Shown: in pieces, positions 40,884-51,777 of the stretch | How the letters are laid out: each line of letters opens with the position of its first letter | Position numbering within the stretch: position 1 is the first letter of the stretch | DNA from: an uncultured Gemmatimonadaceae bacterium | Lineage (GTDB): Bacteria; Gemmatimonadota; Gemmatimonadetes; Gemmatimonadales; Gemmatimonadaceae | Direction: 5' to 3' | Length of the DNA stretch: 64,000 bases | NCBI GenBank assembly: GCA_963740355.1 | Contig: CAVUDW010000003.1 | Span: forward strand, 1,120,001-1,184,000 | Made by a program: the position numbers and the translations under genes | The notes under the pieces: generated by a model | The model's database searches: none | What the model was told of the DNA's origin: nothing | What the model saw: the letters and a program-made list of their open reading frames with translations, nothing else

Positions 40884-43265
40884 GTGCCCGACGTTCGCCT
40901 GGCCATTCCGCTTTCCAGCATCCGCCGCGCTGACATCGCCCTGGTTGGCGGGAAGAATGCCTCACTGGGTGAGATGATCTCGGCGCTCGCGGATGCCGGC
41001 ATTCGTGTGCCAGGTGGTTTCGCCATGACGGCCACCGCCTACCGGCACTTCGTGGAACACAACGGGCTGGCACCGGTGATTGTGCGTGCAATCGACGCGC
41101 TGCACCGTGACGCCACAACGCTCCCCGCGATCGGCCAGCAGATTCGCGATGCCTTCATGGCGGCAAAGATGCCCGCCGAACTTGACGCGTGTATCCGGGA
41201 GTCATACCGCACTCTGTGCGCAGAAGCCGGAATTGTCGACCTCGCGGTCGCCGTCCGCTCGAGCGCCACCGCAGAGGATCTACCGAACGCCAGCTTCGCC
41301 GGCCAGCACGAAAGCTTCCTCAACGTGAGTGGCGCAGACGCGGTGGTTGCAGCCTACCAGAAGTGTGTCGCCTCGATGTTCCTCGATCGCGCCATCAGCT
41401 ACCGCGAGGGCAATGGATTCGACCACAGTTCGGTAGCACTGTCAGTCGGCATCCAGCGCATGGTGCGTTCCGACCTTGGCAGCGCTGGCGTGATGTTTAC
41501 GATCGACACCGAGACGGGCTTTCGCGACCTGGTGGTGATCGACGGCTCATGGGGCCTTGGTGAGGCCGTCGTGAAGGGCGAGGTAGACCCGGATCGGTAC
41601 CGCGTGTTCAAGCCATTGCTCGCTACGCCGACGCTGACGCCGATCACCTCGGTCGATCGCGGTAGCAAGGCGATGAAGATCGTCTACGCCGCGGACGGAG
41701 CCGCCGGCACGATCACCGTCGACACCACCGACGAAGAACGGCGCGCGCGTGTGTTGTCGGACACCGAGATCTGCCAGCTCGCACAATGGGCGGTCGCGAT
41801 CGAGGCACACTACGAATGCCCCATGGACATCGAGTGGGCGAAGGATGGCATAACGGGTGAACAATTCATCGTGCAGGCGCGGCCCGAGACCGTGCAGTCA
41901 CGCCGCGCGGCTGGCATGGTGCACTATCACGTCACCAAAAAGGGACCGGTGCTGTTGCGCGGCCTGTCGGTTGGCGACGGTGCAGCAGTCGGCACGGTCT
42001 GCAAACTCGCCACCGTTGCGGACATCGCCGCCTTCCCTGACGGCGGCGTCCTCGTCGCCACGATCACGGACCCGGACTGGGTACCGGCCATGCGGCGCGC
42101 ATCCGCGATCGTGACCGAACGCGGTGGCCGCACCTCGCACGCCGCGATCGTGAGCCGTGAACTCGGCGTGCCAGCGGTAATCGGAACGGGCAGTGCGATG
42201 ACCACGCTCTCTGACGGCCAGACTGTCACGGTGTCGTGCGCCGAGGGGAGCGTTGGTTTCGTGTACGACGGTAGCGCCGACGTGCAGCGCGAGGAGATCG
42301 CGGTCGCCGCGCTACCACGCACACGAACGCAGGTGATGCTCAATCTCGCAAATCCGACGGCCGCAATGACGTGGTGGCAGCTTCCCGTCGATGGGATCGG
42401 GCTGGCACGTATGGAATTCATCGTCAGTGAGCACATTCGCGTTCACCCGATGGCATTGGCGCACCCGGAGCGCGTGACCGACCGCGAGGTCGTTGAGGCC
42501 ATAAAGGAAATGACGCGCGGCTACGAGTCGCCGAGCGCGTACTTCGTGGATCAGCTGGCATCGGGCATTGCCGCGCTCGCCGCGCCGTTCTGGCCTCGAC
42601 CGATCATCCTGCGCCTCTCCGACTTCAAGACCAACGAGTACGCCCAACTGTTGGGCGGGGCTCCGTTCGAGCCGCACGAGGAGAATCCGATGCTGGGTTG
42701 GCGCGGCGCGAGTCGGTACTACCACCCAGGCTACCGCGATGGCTTCGCACTCGAGTGCCGAGCCATCAAGGCAGTGCGCGACCTCCGTGGGTTCGCGAAC
42801 GTCGTCGTCATGATTCCATTCTGCCGCACGCCTGAAGAAGCAGACCGCGTGCTGGAGGTGATGAAGGAGGAGGGACTCGTCCGCGGCCAGAATGGGCTCG
42901 AGATCTACGTGATGGCTGAGATACCATCCAACATTTTGCTGGCCGATGAATTCGCCACGCGGTTCGATGGCTTCTCCATCGGAAGCAACGACCTCACCCA
43001 ACTCACGCTCGGCATCGACCGCGACTCGGAGATGCTGGCCAGCATCGGCGACGCTTCGAACCCCGCTGTGCTGCAGCTCATCAGTCGGTTGATCGAAGTC
43101 GCGCACCGCTTTCACCGAAAGGTGGGGTTCTGCGGGCAGGCGCCGAGCAACGATCCGACGTACGCCAGGTTCCTGGTCGAAGCCGGCATCGACTCGGTCT
43201 CGGTCACGCCTGACAGCTTCGTCGCGGTGAAGCAGCAGATCGCTGCGGCGGAAGCGCTCCGGTGA
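40884..43265 (+). CDS. ppsA: Phosphoenolpyruvate synthase
   Basis: VGGKNASLGEM, RSSATAEDL..ASFAGQ, GGRTSHAAIVSRELG, EENPMLGWRGA, GSNDLTQ; GTG start with AAGGAG RBS. Confidence 0.96.
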   Translation: MPDVRLAIPLSSIRRADIALVGGKNASLGEMISALADAGIRVPGGFAMTATAYRHFVEHNGLAPVIVRAIDALHRDATTLPAIGQQIRDAFMAAKMPAELDACIRESYRTLCAEAGIVDLAVAVRSSATAEDLPNASFAGQHESFLNVSGADAVVAAYQKCVASMFLDRAISYREGNGFDHSSVALSVGIQRMVRSDLGSAGVMFTIDTETGFRDLVVIDGSWGLGEAVVKGEVDPDRYRVFKPLLATPTLTPITSVDRGSKAMKIVYAADGAAGTITVDTTDEERRARVLSDTEICQLAQWAVAIEAHYECPMDIEWAKDGITGEQFIVQARPETVQSRRAAGMVHYHVTKKGPVLLRGLSVGDGAAVGTVCKLATVADIAAFPDGGVLVATITDPDWVPAMRRASAIVTERGGRTSHAAIVSRELGVPAVIGTGSAMTTLSDGQTVTVSCAEGSVGFVYDGSADVQREEIAVAALPRTRTQVMLNLANPTAAMTWWQLPVDGIGLARMEFIVSEHIRVHPMALAHPERVTDREVVEAIKEMTRGYESPSAYFVDQLASGIAALAAPFWPRPIILRLSDFKTNEYAQLLGGAPFEPHEENPMLGWRGASRYYHPGYRDGFALECRAIKAVRDLRGFANVVVMIPFCRTPEEADRVLEVMKEEGLVRGQNGLEIYVMAEIPSNILLADEFATRFDGFSIGSNDLTQLTLGIDRDSEMLASIGDASNPAVLQLISRLIEVAHRFHRKVGFCGQAPSNDPTYARFLVEAGIDSVSVTPDSFVAVKQQIAAAEALR

Positions 43266-44413
43266 CTGAAGCAGCGGTCCCCGATGCCGCCGCGGCGGTC
43301 ATCATCGACATCGCGGGACTGGGCGCGCTGGTTGATGCGCTTTGGCGCACGGGCTATCGCGTCATGGGCCCGACGGTTCGGGACGGTGCAATCCGCCTCG
43401 GTGAACTCCGCACCGCTGGCGATCTCCCAACGGGATGGGGGGATGAGCAGGCGCCGGGCCACTATCGTCTGCGACGGCGCAACGACGAGGCCCGCTTCGG
43501 CTACGCGGTGGGGCCTGACAGCCCACGGCGTGAACTATCACCACCACGTGTCGACCTCGTCACGATCCGTCGTCGCAACACGTCCTTTGACGCCAGCACG
43601 CCAGATCACACCCCGCAGCAACCGCTGGCATTGATCGGCATGCGTGGCTGCGAGCTGGCGGCCATGCGCGTGCATGGGCACGTCATGACCGACGGCCCAT
43701 ATCCAGACCCGGTGCAGCTGGCGCGAAGCACGAACTGCTTCATCGTTGCCGTCGACTGTGGTTCGCCAGCGGACACGTGCTTCTGTACGTCAATGCAGAC
43801 TGGCCCATCGGCGGAAGGCACGGCCGACGTGCGCCTTTGCGAACTGCTCGACGGTGAGCACCGCTTCCTCTGCTGGCCGATGAGTGCCGCCGGTGCGCAG
43901 CTGCTGGCGGGCATTCCGCACCGCTCTGCAACTGCGCAGGACGTGTCCGACGCGCTGGCCGTGCGGCGCACCGCGGAGTCGCGAATCACCAAACGGCTCA
44001 ACACCACTGCGATCCGTGAGCGCCTCGCTGCTGCGCTCGACCATCCGCAGTGGGATGACGTCGCCTCGCGCTGCTTGTCATGCACCAATTGCACGATGGT
44101 ATGCCCGACCTGCTTCTGCTCGACGATCACGGACGTGGACGACCTCTCGGGGACGACCACCACCCGCGTGCGCACGTGGGACTCGTGCTTCACGCTCGAG
44201 CATTCGTACACGAACGGCGGCGCAGTGCACGCGACCACGAAGTCGCGATACCGGCAGTGGCTCACCCACAAGCTTGGCACCTGGTGGGACCAGTTCGGCG
44301 AGTCGGGTTGTGTGGGCTGTGGTCGGTGCACGACCTGGTGTCCGGCGGCCATCGACTTCGTCGTCGAAGCGAACCTCATTTCCGCGCTCGATACCGTTGG
44401 GCAGGCGACGTGA
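43262..44413 (+). CDS. Group 3b hydrogenase beta subunit (4Fe-4S, AsrA/HydB-like)
   Basis: CFCTSM, CLSCTNCTMVCPTCFC, RYRQW.THK, CVGCGRCTTWCP. Confidence 0.9.
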   Translation: MTEAAVPDAAAAVIIDIAGLGALVDALWRTGYRVMGPTVRDGAIRLGELRTAGDLPTGWGDEQAPGHYRLRRRNDEARFGYAVGPDSPRRELSPPRVDLVTIRRRNTSFDASTPDHTPQQPLALIGMRGCELAAMRVHGHVMTDGPYPDPVQLARSTNCFIVAVDCGSPADTCFCTSMQTGPSAEGTADVRLCELLDGEHRFLCWPMSAAGAQLLAGIPHRSATAQDVSDALAVRRTAESRITKRLNTTAIRERLAAALDHPQWDDVASRCLSCTNCTMVCPTCFCSTITDVDDLSGTTTTRVRTWDSCFTLEHSYTNGGAVHATTKSRYRQWLTHKLGTWWDQFGESGCVGCGRCTTWCPAAIDFVVEANLISALDTVGQAT

Positions 44414-45275
44414 TACGATCTGCGCCCCACACATCGAACGATGTGCACCATGAGCCGATGCTTCCGGAGCGCTGGTGCGTGGTTCAGGTTCGCAAGGAGA
44501 CGCATGACGTCACCACCCTCACGATCGCACCTGAGGCCGACGGCCGAACCCGGGCCGCGTATCCGCCCAGGCCAATTCCTGATGCTCTCGGCGTTCGGCA
44601 CTGGCGAAGTCCCGATCTCCGTGAGCGGCATCCGCGAGGATCAGCACATTGAGCACACTGTCCGTGCCCACGGCGATGCGACGCGTCGGCTGTGCAGCCT
44701 TCGCGTCGGCGACTCGATCGGCGTGCGAGGCCCATTTGGCAGCGCGTGGAATCTCGAACGCGCGCTGCAGCACGACGTGCTGATCATGGCCGGCGGCATC
44801 GGTCTCGCTCCGCTCAAGCCTGTGATCGAACATGTGATCGCTCACCGGGCAGGGTACGGCAGCCTTCGCGTACTCGTCGGTGCCCGTAGCACCCACGACA
44901 TGAGTCTCAGGGCAGAAATCGAGGTCTGGCGAAATGTCGCCCGGATCGTTCGTCTCGGTGAGCGTCGACAGGCCGACACCCGATTGGCCCGGACCGGTTG
45001 GGCTAGTGACGAGTCTGCTGGACGGGCTCGCCATCGTCCCCACACGCACTGCTGCGTTCATCTGTGGCCCCGAGGTGATGATGGAGCGCTCGGCCGAGCG
45101 ACTGATGGCGATCGGGATTGATGCGTCGATGATCCAGCTGTCGATGGAGCGCAACATGAAGTGCGCCATTGGGCACTGTGGGCATTGCCAGTTTGGTGGA
45201 CTGCTGTTGTGCAGGGATGGGCCAGTATTCGACTATTCGTCGCTTCGGGTATTGCTTGCGGTACCGATGGCATGA
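44410..45275 (+). CDS. Group 3b hydrogenase gamma subunit (FAD/NAD(P)-binding, 2Fe-2S); two frameshifts near 44560 and 44940
   Basis: Three frames give [15 protein letters not shown], then [27 protein letters not shown], then [28 protein letters not shown]. Confidence 0.85.
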
Positions 45276-46066
45276 GTCGCCCACGCGTGGCGGTCTGGAA
45301 GTTCGCGTCCTGCGACGGCTGCCAGCTGACGCTGCTCGACTGCGAGGAGCGGCTGTTCGACGTGATCGAACGGGTCGAGATCGTCCACTTCCTCGAGGCC
45401 GGTGCGGTTGGCGATGACGGCACCTGTCACTACGACTTGTCGCTGGTGGAGGGGTCGGTCACCACCGAGGCCGACATTGCGCGGATCAGGGATATCCGCG
45501 CGCGGTCGACCTGGCTGGTGACGATCGGCGCCTGTGCCAGTGCGGGCGGGATTCAAGCGCTGCGCAACTTTGCACGCGTTGAGGAGTGGTGCCGTGTGGT
45601 GTATGCCGCACCTCAGTACATCTCGACGCTGGCCACCTCGACGCCGATTGCGGACCACGTTCAAGTCGACTTCGAGCTGCGCGGCTGCCCGATCGACAAG
45701 CAGCAATTGCTGGCGGTGATTGCGGCGTTTGCGAATGGCCATGCGCCTGCACTGTCGTCGGCGAGCGTCTGCGCGGAGTGCAAGATGCACGGCCACCTCT
45801 GCGTGATGGTGGCGCGCGGTGTGCCCTGCCTCGGTCCGATGACCCACGCAGGCTGTGGCGCGTTGTGCCCAGGCTACGACCGTGGATGTTACGGATGTTT
45901 CGGGCCATCCGAGTCAGCGAACACGCCTGCCACCGCTGCGACGCTGCGCCGATGTGGCATGTCGGAGGACGAGATCGTTCTGCTGACGCGCACGTTCAGC
46001 GCCTGGTCACCGGAGACTCGTGACTACGGCCAAGCCGACACGCATCCTGCGTCTGGCCGCACGTGA
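45272..46066 (+). CDS. Group 3b [NiFe]-hydrogenase small (delta) subunit
   Basis: [45 protein letters not shown]. Confidence 0.92.
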   Translation: MSRPRVAVWKFASCDGCQLTLLDCEERLFDVIERVEIVHFLEAGAVGDDGTCHYDLSLVEGSVTTEADIARIRDIRARSTWLVTIGACASAGGIQALRNFARVEEWCRVVYAAPQYISTLATSTPIADHVQVDFELRGCPIDKQQLLAVIAAFANGHAPALSSASVCAECKMHGHLCVMVARGVPCLGPMTHAGCGALCPGYDRGCYGCFGPSESANTPATAATLRRCGMSEDEIVLLTRTFSAWSPETRDYGQADTHPASGRT

Positions 46067-47367
46067 CCAGTCGACCGCCAGCCTCGCGCACGATCAGTGT
46101 CAACGCGCTCGCACGTGTCGAGGGTGAGGGTGCGATGCACGTCGATATCAGGAATGGACGCGTGCACGACGTACAGCTTCGGATCTACGAGCCGCCGCGC
46201 TTCTTCGAGGCGTTCCTGCGTGGCAGGCGCTTTAGCGAACCGGTCGACATCACTGCGCGTATCTGCGGTATCTGTCCGGTGGCCTACCAGATGAGTGCCT
46301 GCACGGCGATCGAAGATGCGTGCGGTGTGTCAGTGGACGGACCGCTGCGCGAGCTCCGGCGCCTGCTGTACTGCGGCGAGTGGATCGAGAGTCATGTGCT
46401 GCACATCTACATGCTGCACGCCCCCGACTTCCTTGGGTACGAGAGCGCGCTGACGATGGCGTCGGATCATCGCGCACGAGTGGAGGCAGGACTGGACCTG
46501 AAGCGTGCCGGCAATGACATCGTCGATCTCATCGGGGGGCGCGCCATTCATCCGATCAACGTGAAGTTGGGTGGATTCTATCGCGCGCCGACACGTGCCC
46601 AACTCGCGCCACTGGCCGAACGACTGCGTCACGCGTTGGATGTGGCCCGCGACACCGTACGATGGGTCGCTGGGTTCACGTTTCCCGATAGCCGCCACGA
46701 GCTCGAGATGGCATCGCTCTGCCATGAGACCGAGTATCCGATGATGGGTGGCCGCCTGCGCTCAACGCATGGGCTGGACATCGAAGCCAAGGCTTTTCTC
46801 GAGCATGTCACCGAGACGCAGGTGCCGCACTCCACGGCCCTGCACGCACGCATCGATGAACGCGGCACCTACGTCGTAGGACCGATGGCGCGATACGTGC
46901 TCAATCACCACCTGCTGGCGCCGGAAGCGCGAGAGGCAGCGGACGCGGCGGGACTCGATCCATCGGAACGCAATCCATTTCGGTCGATCATCATCCGCGC
47001 GATTGAAGTCGTGCACGCCGTGGCCGAAGCTCTTCGCATCATCGAGCAGTACCGGGCGCCAGAGGTGCCGGCTGTCTCCGTCATTCCTCGCCGCGGCGTA
47101 GGCTTTGGGTGGACTGAGGCTCCACGCGGCATGTTGTGGCACACGTATGCATTGGCCGACGACGGTACCATCACGGCGGCTGACATCGTGCCGCCAACGT
47201 CACAGAACCAACGGGCCATCGAGTGGGACCTCCGCCAGTACGTGGAGCGGCACCTGCACCTCGACGACCGTGAGCTTGGCCTTCGCTGTGAACGGGTCAT
47301 CCGGAACTACGACCCCTGCATCTCGTGCGCGACACACTTTCTCGACTTCACGGTGACGCGGTCGTGA
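46063..47367 (+). CDS. Group 3b [NiFe]-hydrogenase large (alpha) subunit
   Basis: ARVEGEG, L1 RICGICP, EAPRG, PPTSQN, L2 [10 protein letters not shown] with short cleavable tail. Confidence 0.95.
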   Translation: MTSRPPASRTISVNALARVEGEGAMHVDIRNGRVHDVQLRIYEPPRFFEAFLRGRRFSEPVDITARICGICPVAYQMSACTAIEDACGVSVDGPLRELRRLLYCGEWIESHVLHIYMLHAPDFLGYESALTMASDHRARVEAGLDLKRAGNDIVDLIGGRAIHPINVKLGGFYRAPTRAQLAPLAERLRHALDVARDTVRWVAGFTFPDSRHELEMASLCHETEYPMMGGRLRSTHGLDIEAKAFLEHVTETQVPHSTALHARIDERGTYVVGPMARYVLNHHLLAPEAREAADAAGLDPSERNPFRSIIIRAIEVVHAVAEALRIIEQYRAPEVPAVSVIPRRGVGFGWTEAPRGMLWHTYALADDGTITAADIVPPTSQNQRAIEWDLRQYVERHLHLDDRELGLRCERVIRNYDPCISCATHFLDFTVTRS

Positions 47368-47377
47368 GCGAACGCCC

Positions 47378-47902
47378 ATGATGCAGCCGCCGACTCTGGT
47401 GATTGGTATCGGGAACGTCTTTCGCTCTGACGATGGCGTGGGAGCGGCGGTGCTGCGGTTACTGCGCATGACGTGCAAGGACGCGTCCTGCGAGTTGGTC
47501 GAAGCGACCGGTGACGCCACACAGCTGATGGAGCTCTGGCGCGAGCGCAGACAGGTTATCGTCGTCGACGCAATCCGCAGCGGTGCAAGGCCAGGGACAG
47601 TGTCGGTGATCGACCTCCTGATGAATGAGCTGCCCGGTGCGGACATACCGAGCACACATGCAGCCAGTGTGGCAAGCGCCGTCGCCTGGAGCCGGCAACT
47701 GCAGCGGCTACCCAACGCACTCCAGCTCGTTGGTGTCGAAGGTGCCGAGTTCGCACTTGGCAACGAGCTCTCTCCGCGCGTCGCCGCCGCACTGCCGGAA
47801 GCCGCGCGAATGGTGGAAGCGCTTCTGGCGAGCATACGAGCACGCGGGTCAGGGACGCCCGCGGCTGCCCTTGCCGTCGCCGAGCGCTCGAGCCACCAGT
47901 AG
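47378..47902 (+). CDS. Hydrogenase maturation protease
   Basis: VIGIGN..DDGVG, VVDA, STH. Confidence 0.92.
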   Translation: MMQPPTLVIGIGNVFRSDDGVGAAVLRLLRMTCKDASCELVEATGDATQLMELWRERRQVIVVDAIRSGARPGTVSVIDLLMNELPGADIPSTHAASVASAVAWSRQLQRLPNALQLVGVEGAEFALGNELSPRVAAALPEAARMVEALLASIRARGSGTPAAALAVAERSSHQ

Positions 47903-47935
47903 AATCCGGGAATCCCAAGCCGGAGCCTGAGACGC

Positions 47936-48211
47936 ATGTGCCGAAACATCAAGACACTGTTCAACTTCGAACCTGCCGCCAGCGATCAGGAGATTCGGGA
48001 CGCGTCGCTGCAGTTCGTGCGCAAGCTGAGCGGCTTCAGCGAGCCATCGAAGGCCAACGAAGCCGCATTCGCTCGCGCGGTGGATGAGGTAACGCGAGCA
48101 GCGACGGAACTCGTCTCGTCGCTCGTCACGACGGCCGAGCCTCGCAATCGCGATGTCGAAGCCGCGAAGGCGAAGGCGAAATCGGTACAGCGCTTCGGGG
48201 CGCGCGGCTGA
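47936..48211 (+). CDS. DUF2277 family protein
   Basis: MCRNIKTLFNFEPAA..ASLQFVRKLSGF. Confidence 0.85.
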   Translation: MCRNIKTLFNFEPAASDQEIRDASLQFVRKLSGFSEPSKANEAAFARAVDEVTRAATELVSSLVTTAEPRNRDVEAAKAKAKSVQRFGARG

Positions 48212-48245
48212 ACGTCAGCGCTGGCGCGTGGCGCGCTGGTGACGC

Positions 48246-48863
48246 TCAGCGCAGCAGCGGCGGTCGAATCGCGTCGTAGCCACCCGGCACCTTGCTCACC
48301 GTGAAGGTGAGTTGTGTCTCGCCGCGCGGGTTGCCTGGATCGGCGGCGGCGATCGCCTCGCGCGGAATGGTGATCACGATGTCGTAGTCGCCGGCCGAGA
48401 GTGAGGTCGGAAGCGGGAAGAACTGCGTTCGGGGGCCGGCCGATCCCCGCGAGGAGGACGAGTTGTCCATCGGCACCAGCGTGTGCCGCAGCTGGCCGCG
48501 TTCGCTGGGTGCCCCGCCGGCATTGCTCTTCACCACGATGCCGATGCTCGGGATCGGGTTGCTTCGTGCAGCGACGGCGCCCACCGCAATCCCGGCAATG
48601 GCACCGACCGCGATTCCCTGCCCGCGTCCAGCCGAGCCAGAGACATCGACCGGGGCCGGCGTCAGCGTGCCGGCAGCCGGGTCGTAATACCAGGCCTGCT
48701 GTGCGGCACCATCGATCTCGATGATGAAGCGACCACCGGTATAGGTACGCTTCGGCACTGTTCGCGATGCCGTCACGACCGGGGCGCCGACCGCCCGGGC
48801 CTGCGCGGCCAGCGGAAACGGGGCAAGAGCCAGTGCCAGCAGCGTCAGTTTCAGGCCTGTCAT
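48246..48863 (-). CDS. Secreted hypothetical protein
   Basis: Signal peptide MTGLKLTLLALALAPFPLAAQ; fills the gap between neighbours. Confidence 0.6.
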   Translation of the reverse strand: MTGLKLTLLALALAPFPLAAQARAVGAPVVTASRTVPKRTYTGGRFIIEIDGAAQQAWYYDPAAGTLTPAPVDVSGSAGRGQGIAVGAIAGIAVGAVAARSNPIPSIGIVVKSNAGGAPSERGQLRHTLVPMDNSSSSRGSAGPRTQFFPLPTSLSAGDYDIVITIPREAIAAADPGNPRGETQLTFTVSKVPGGYDAIRPPLLR

Positions 48864-48950
48864 GGTGGAACCTCGAGAGGGTGGAGGCGGGAGATGCTCC
48901 TTCCTCTCGGACGATGCCGTCCGGGATGACGCAACTGACCCGGCGGTCCT

Positions 48951-50030
48951 TTGGGGAGCTGCGTCTGGCCGCCGGTCGACGCGGCGGTACTCTTCTCCCG
49001 ATTGCTCGAGCCGGCGCCCCCACGCCGCACGAATCATCATCCTCCGGACGGCCCCCTGACTCTCCGTCGATTCGCGACCCTGCTCGGCAGTGTCGCAGCC
49101 CTCGCCAGCTCACTCTCGGCCCAGCATCCGCGCGTGCCAACATCACCGTTCGATGTACCGCTCTATCAGGGCGCCGCACCCGGTGCGCCGAAGTCCGCGC
49201 TCCCCGAGGTGTTCGAGGAGAAGCCCGGTGATCCGATTTCGCTGGTGACACATGTGCAGACACCGGAGATGCGTGTCTTCCTCCCTCCGAAATCGAAAGC
49301 CAGCGGTGCCGCAATCGTGATCTTTCCCGGCGGCGGGTACGGTGTGCTGGCCATCAACCACGAAGGGTGGCAGGAAGCCAGGTGGCTGAATGACATCGGT
49401 GTGGCCGCGATCGTGGTGAAGTACCGCGTCTCGACCAGGGAAGGAGATGCGTATCGCTTTCCCGTGCCACTGCTCGATGCCCGCCAGGCGCTGCGTCTGG
49501 TGCGGGAAAATGCCGCGGCGTGGGGCATCGACGCGACTCGCGTTGGCGTGATGGGTTTCTCCGCCGGCGGTCATCTCGCCAGCATGGCGTTGACCACGGC
49601 CAACGACACGCTGGCGGGCGAGTCACCGAGTGAGCAACGCGGCGTGAGTATCACGCCTAGCTTCGGCGTGCTCGTGTATCCCGTGATCAGTCTGCACGAG
49701 CGGTGGGGGCATCGCGGATCGAGCGACAACCTGATGGGCAAGGATGCGTCCGACGAACGCCGCCGACGATACTCGAGCGAACTCCGCGTCACTGCTGCAA
49801 CGCCTCCGACTTTCCTCGTTGCGACGCAGGACGACGACGTGGTGCCGGTGCAGAATTCAATCGCGTTCTATGAGGCGATGACCGCGCACAAGGTGCCGGG
49901 TGAGTTGCACATCTGGGAGAAGGGCGGGCACGGCTTCGGCATGTTGCCAGATCGCCCACCGGTGGCGCAGGAGTGGCTGCCCGCGCTGGCAGCGTGGATG
50001 CGTGGGCGCGGTCTGTTGACTCGCCGCTGA
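48951..50030 (+). CDS. Alpha/beta hydrolase (acetyl esterase-like); true start probably further downstream
   Basis: FPGGGY, HEG, GFSAGGHLA, TPPTFL..DD.V, GGHGFG. Confidence 0.88.
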   Translation: MGSCVWPPVDAAVLFSRLLEPAPPRRTNHHPPDGPLTLRRFATLLGSVAALASSLSAQHPRVPTSPFDVPLYQGAAPGAPKSALPEVFEEKPGDPISLVTHVQTPEMRVFLPPKSKASGAAIVIFPGGGYGVLAINHEGWQEARWLNDIGVAAIVVKYRVSTREGDAYRFPVPLLDARQALRLVRENAAAWGIDATRVGVMGFSAGGHLASMALTTANDTLAGESPSEQRGVSITPSFGVLVYPVISLHERWGHRGSSDNLMGKDASDERRRRYSSELRVTAATPPTFLVATQDDDVVPVQNSIAFYEAMTAHKVPGELHIWEKGGHGFGMLPDRPPVAQEWLPALAAWMRGRGLLTRR

Positions 50031-50066
50031 CCGTGGTTGCACGCAGCGGTCGCCACGCCCGTCACG

Positions 50067-51746
50067 TCAAGGAATGGCGGCGGGCGTGAGTTCCGACGGC
50101 TTGAAGCGACGGTACTTCACATCCATCGCATCGAGGCGCAGGAGATGTGGCTGGAGCCGCCGCATGAAGTCCGGAAAGTCCTTGCGATCCTTCGGCGTCC
50201 AGACGACTTCGGCCAGCGCACTCAGTCGCGGGAATGCCATGTACTCCAGCTCCTTGGGATCTCGGATGTACTCCGACCAGAGCTGCGACTGCGCACCGAG
50301 AATGTGCGACGCCTCAGCCGGCGTCAGCGATGCTGGGATCGGCTCGTAGGAGTACACGGTGTCGATGGGCAGGAATCCGCCAATCGACAGCGGCTCGGCC
50401 TTCTTCTCGAGCGACTGGTAGTGATCGAAGTAGGTGTAGTAGTTCGGCGCCATGACTACATCGTGATTGGCCTTGGCGGCGGCAATGCCACCTTCCACGC
50501 CGCGCCATGACATCACGGTCGCACCCTCGGCGAGCCCGCCTTCGAGAATTTCATCCCAGCCGATCATGCGGCGGCCATTCTTCGTGAGGAATGTGTCCAT
50601 CTGCCGGATGAACCAGCTCTGCAACTCGTGTTCATCCTTCAGGCCAAGCTGCTTGATGCGCGCCTGGATCTGCGGACTCGCCTGCCACTGCGACTTTCCC
50701 GCCTCGTCGCCGCCGATGTGGATGTACTGGCTGGGGAACAGGGTCAGCACCTCGCGCAGGACATCCTGCATGAACGCCACGGTGGCGTCGTCAGCGTTGA
50801 GGATGAAGTCACTGGTTCCCCAGACCTGCATCACATCGACAGTCGTATCGCGACGCACGCCGAGTTGCGGATAGGCCGCAATGGCTGCTTGCACGTGGCC
50901 CGGCATCTCGATCTCCGGCACCACCGTGATGTATCGCTCCGCGGCATACGCGACGATCTCGCGCACATCGTCCTGCGTGTAGAATCCGCAGTGCGGCGTG
51001 TTGTCGAAGATGCGCTTGGCAGGGTCGGAGATGTACGGACCGACCGCCGTCTGTGCGCGACAGGATCCCACGTCGGTGAGGCGCGGATACTTGAGAATCT
51101 GGATCCGCCAGCCCTGATCCTCGGTGAGGTGCCAATGCAGGCGATTCATCTTGTGACGCGCCAGCAGGTCGATGTACTTGCGCACGAACTCCTTCGGCAT
51201 GAAGTGCCGGCCGGCATCGAGATGTGAGCCGCGCCAGGCGAATCGCGGGCGATCCTCGATGTGAACTGCGGCTGCACGCCAGGTGGTACCCGCCAGCGGT
51301 GCACTGCGAAAGATCTCCGCTGGCAAGAGCTGCTTGAAACTTTCGAGTGCGTAGAACGCTCCAGCGGGGTGCGCGGCACGCACGACCACGCCTGTCGGCG
51401 ACACATCGAGGCGATACCCTTCCTCGCCAAGTCCCGCGGTGTCGCGGCCGGTGACACGGAGAAGGCGAATGGCACCTGCTGCCGGCGCTGTCGTGCGCGC
51501 GATGCTGAGATCAAAACCTGTCGCGCCAACGATGTCACGGGCGAAACGTCGCGCAACCGCCACAAAGGCCGGATCCGCGTGCAGCGCGCTCCGCGCGGTG
51601 AGTGTGAAGTGTCCGCTCTCCGGGGTGAGAAGCGCCGGCCGTGGAATGATGGCGTACGCCGAAGTCTCGGGCGTCGCTTGCGCGTGCAGCGACGGGGGCG
51701 TGGCGGCAAACAGGGCCGCCGCGCCGAGCAGGAACCAGCGAGTCAT
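50067..51746 (-). CDS. Beta-N-acetylhexosaminidase (GH20)
   Basis: DRPRFAWRG.HLD..RHF, HWHLTEDQGWR, PEIEMPGH, HIGGDE, WSEY. Confidence 0.95.
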   Translation of the reverse strand: MTRWFLLGAAALFAATPPSLHAQATPETSAYAIIPRPALLTPESGHFTLTARSALHADPAFVAVARRFARDIVGATGFDLSIARTTAPAAGAIRLLRVTGRDTAGLGEEGYRLDVSPTGVVVRAAHPAGAFYALESFKQLLPAEIFRSAPLAGTTWRAAAVHIEDRPRFAWRGSHLDAGRHFMPKEFVRKYIDLLARHKMNRLHWHLTEDQGWRIQILKYPRLTDVGSCRAQTAVGPYISDPAKRIFDNTPHCGFYTQDDVREIVAYAAERYITVVPEIEMPGHVQAAIAAYPQLGVRRDTTVDVMQVWGTSDFILNADDATVAFMQDVLREVLTLFPSQYIHIGGDEAGKSQWQASPQIQARIKQLGLKDEHELQSWFIRQMDTFLTKNGRRMIGWDEILEGGLAEGATVMSWRGVEGGIAAAKANHDVVMAPNYYTYFDHYQSLEKKAEPLSIGGFLPIDTVYSYEPIPASLTPAEASHILGAQSQLWSEYIRDPKELEYMAFPRLSALAEVVWTPKDRKDFPDFMRRLQPHLLRLDAMDVKYRRFKPSELTPAAIP

Positions 51747-51777
51747 GTGAAACGAGAAAGTGGGGAGGACGCGGCGG

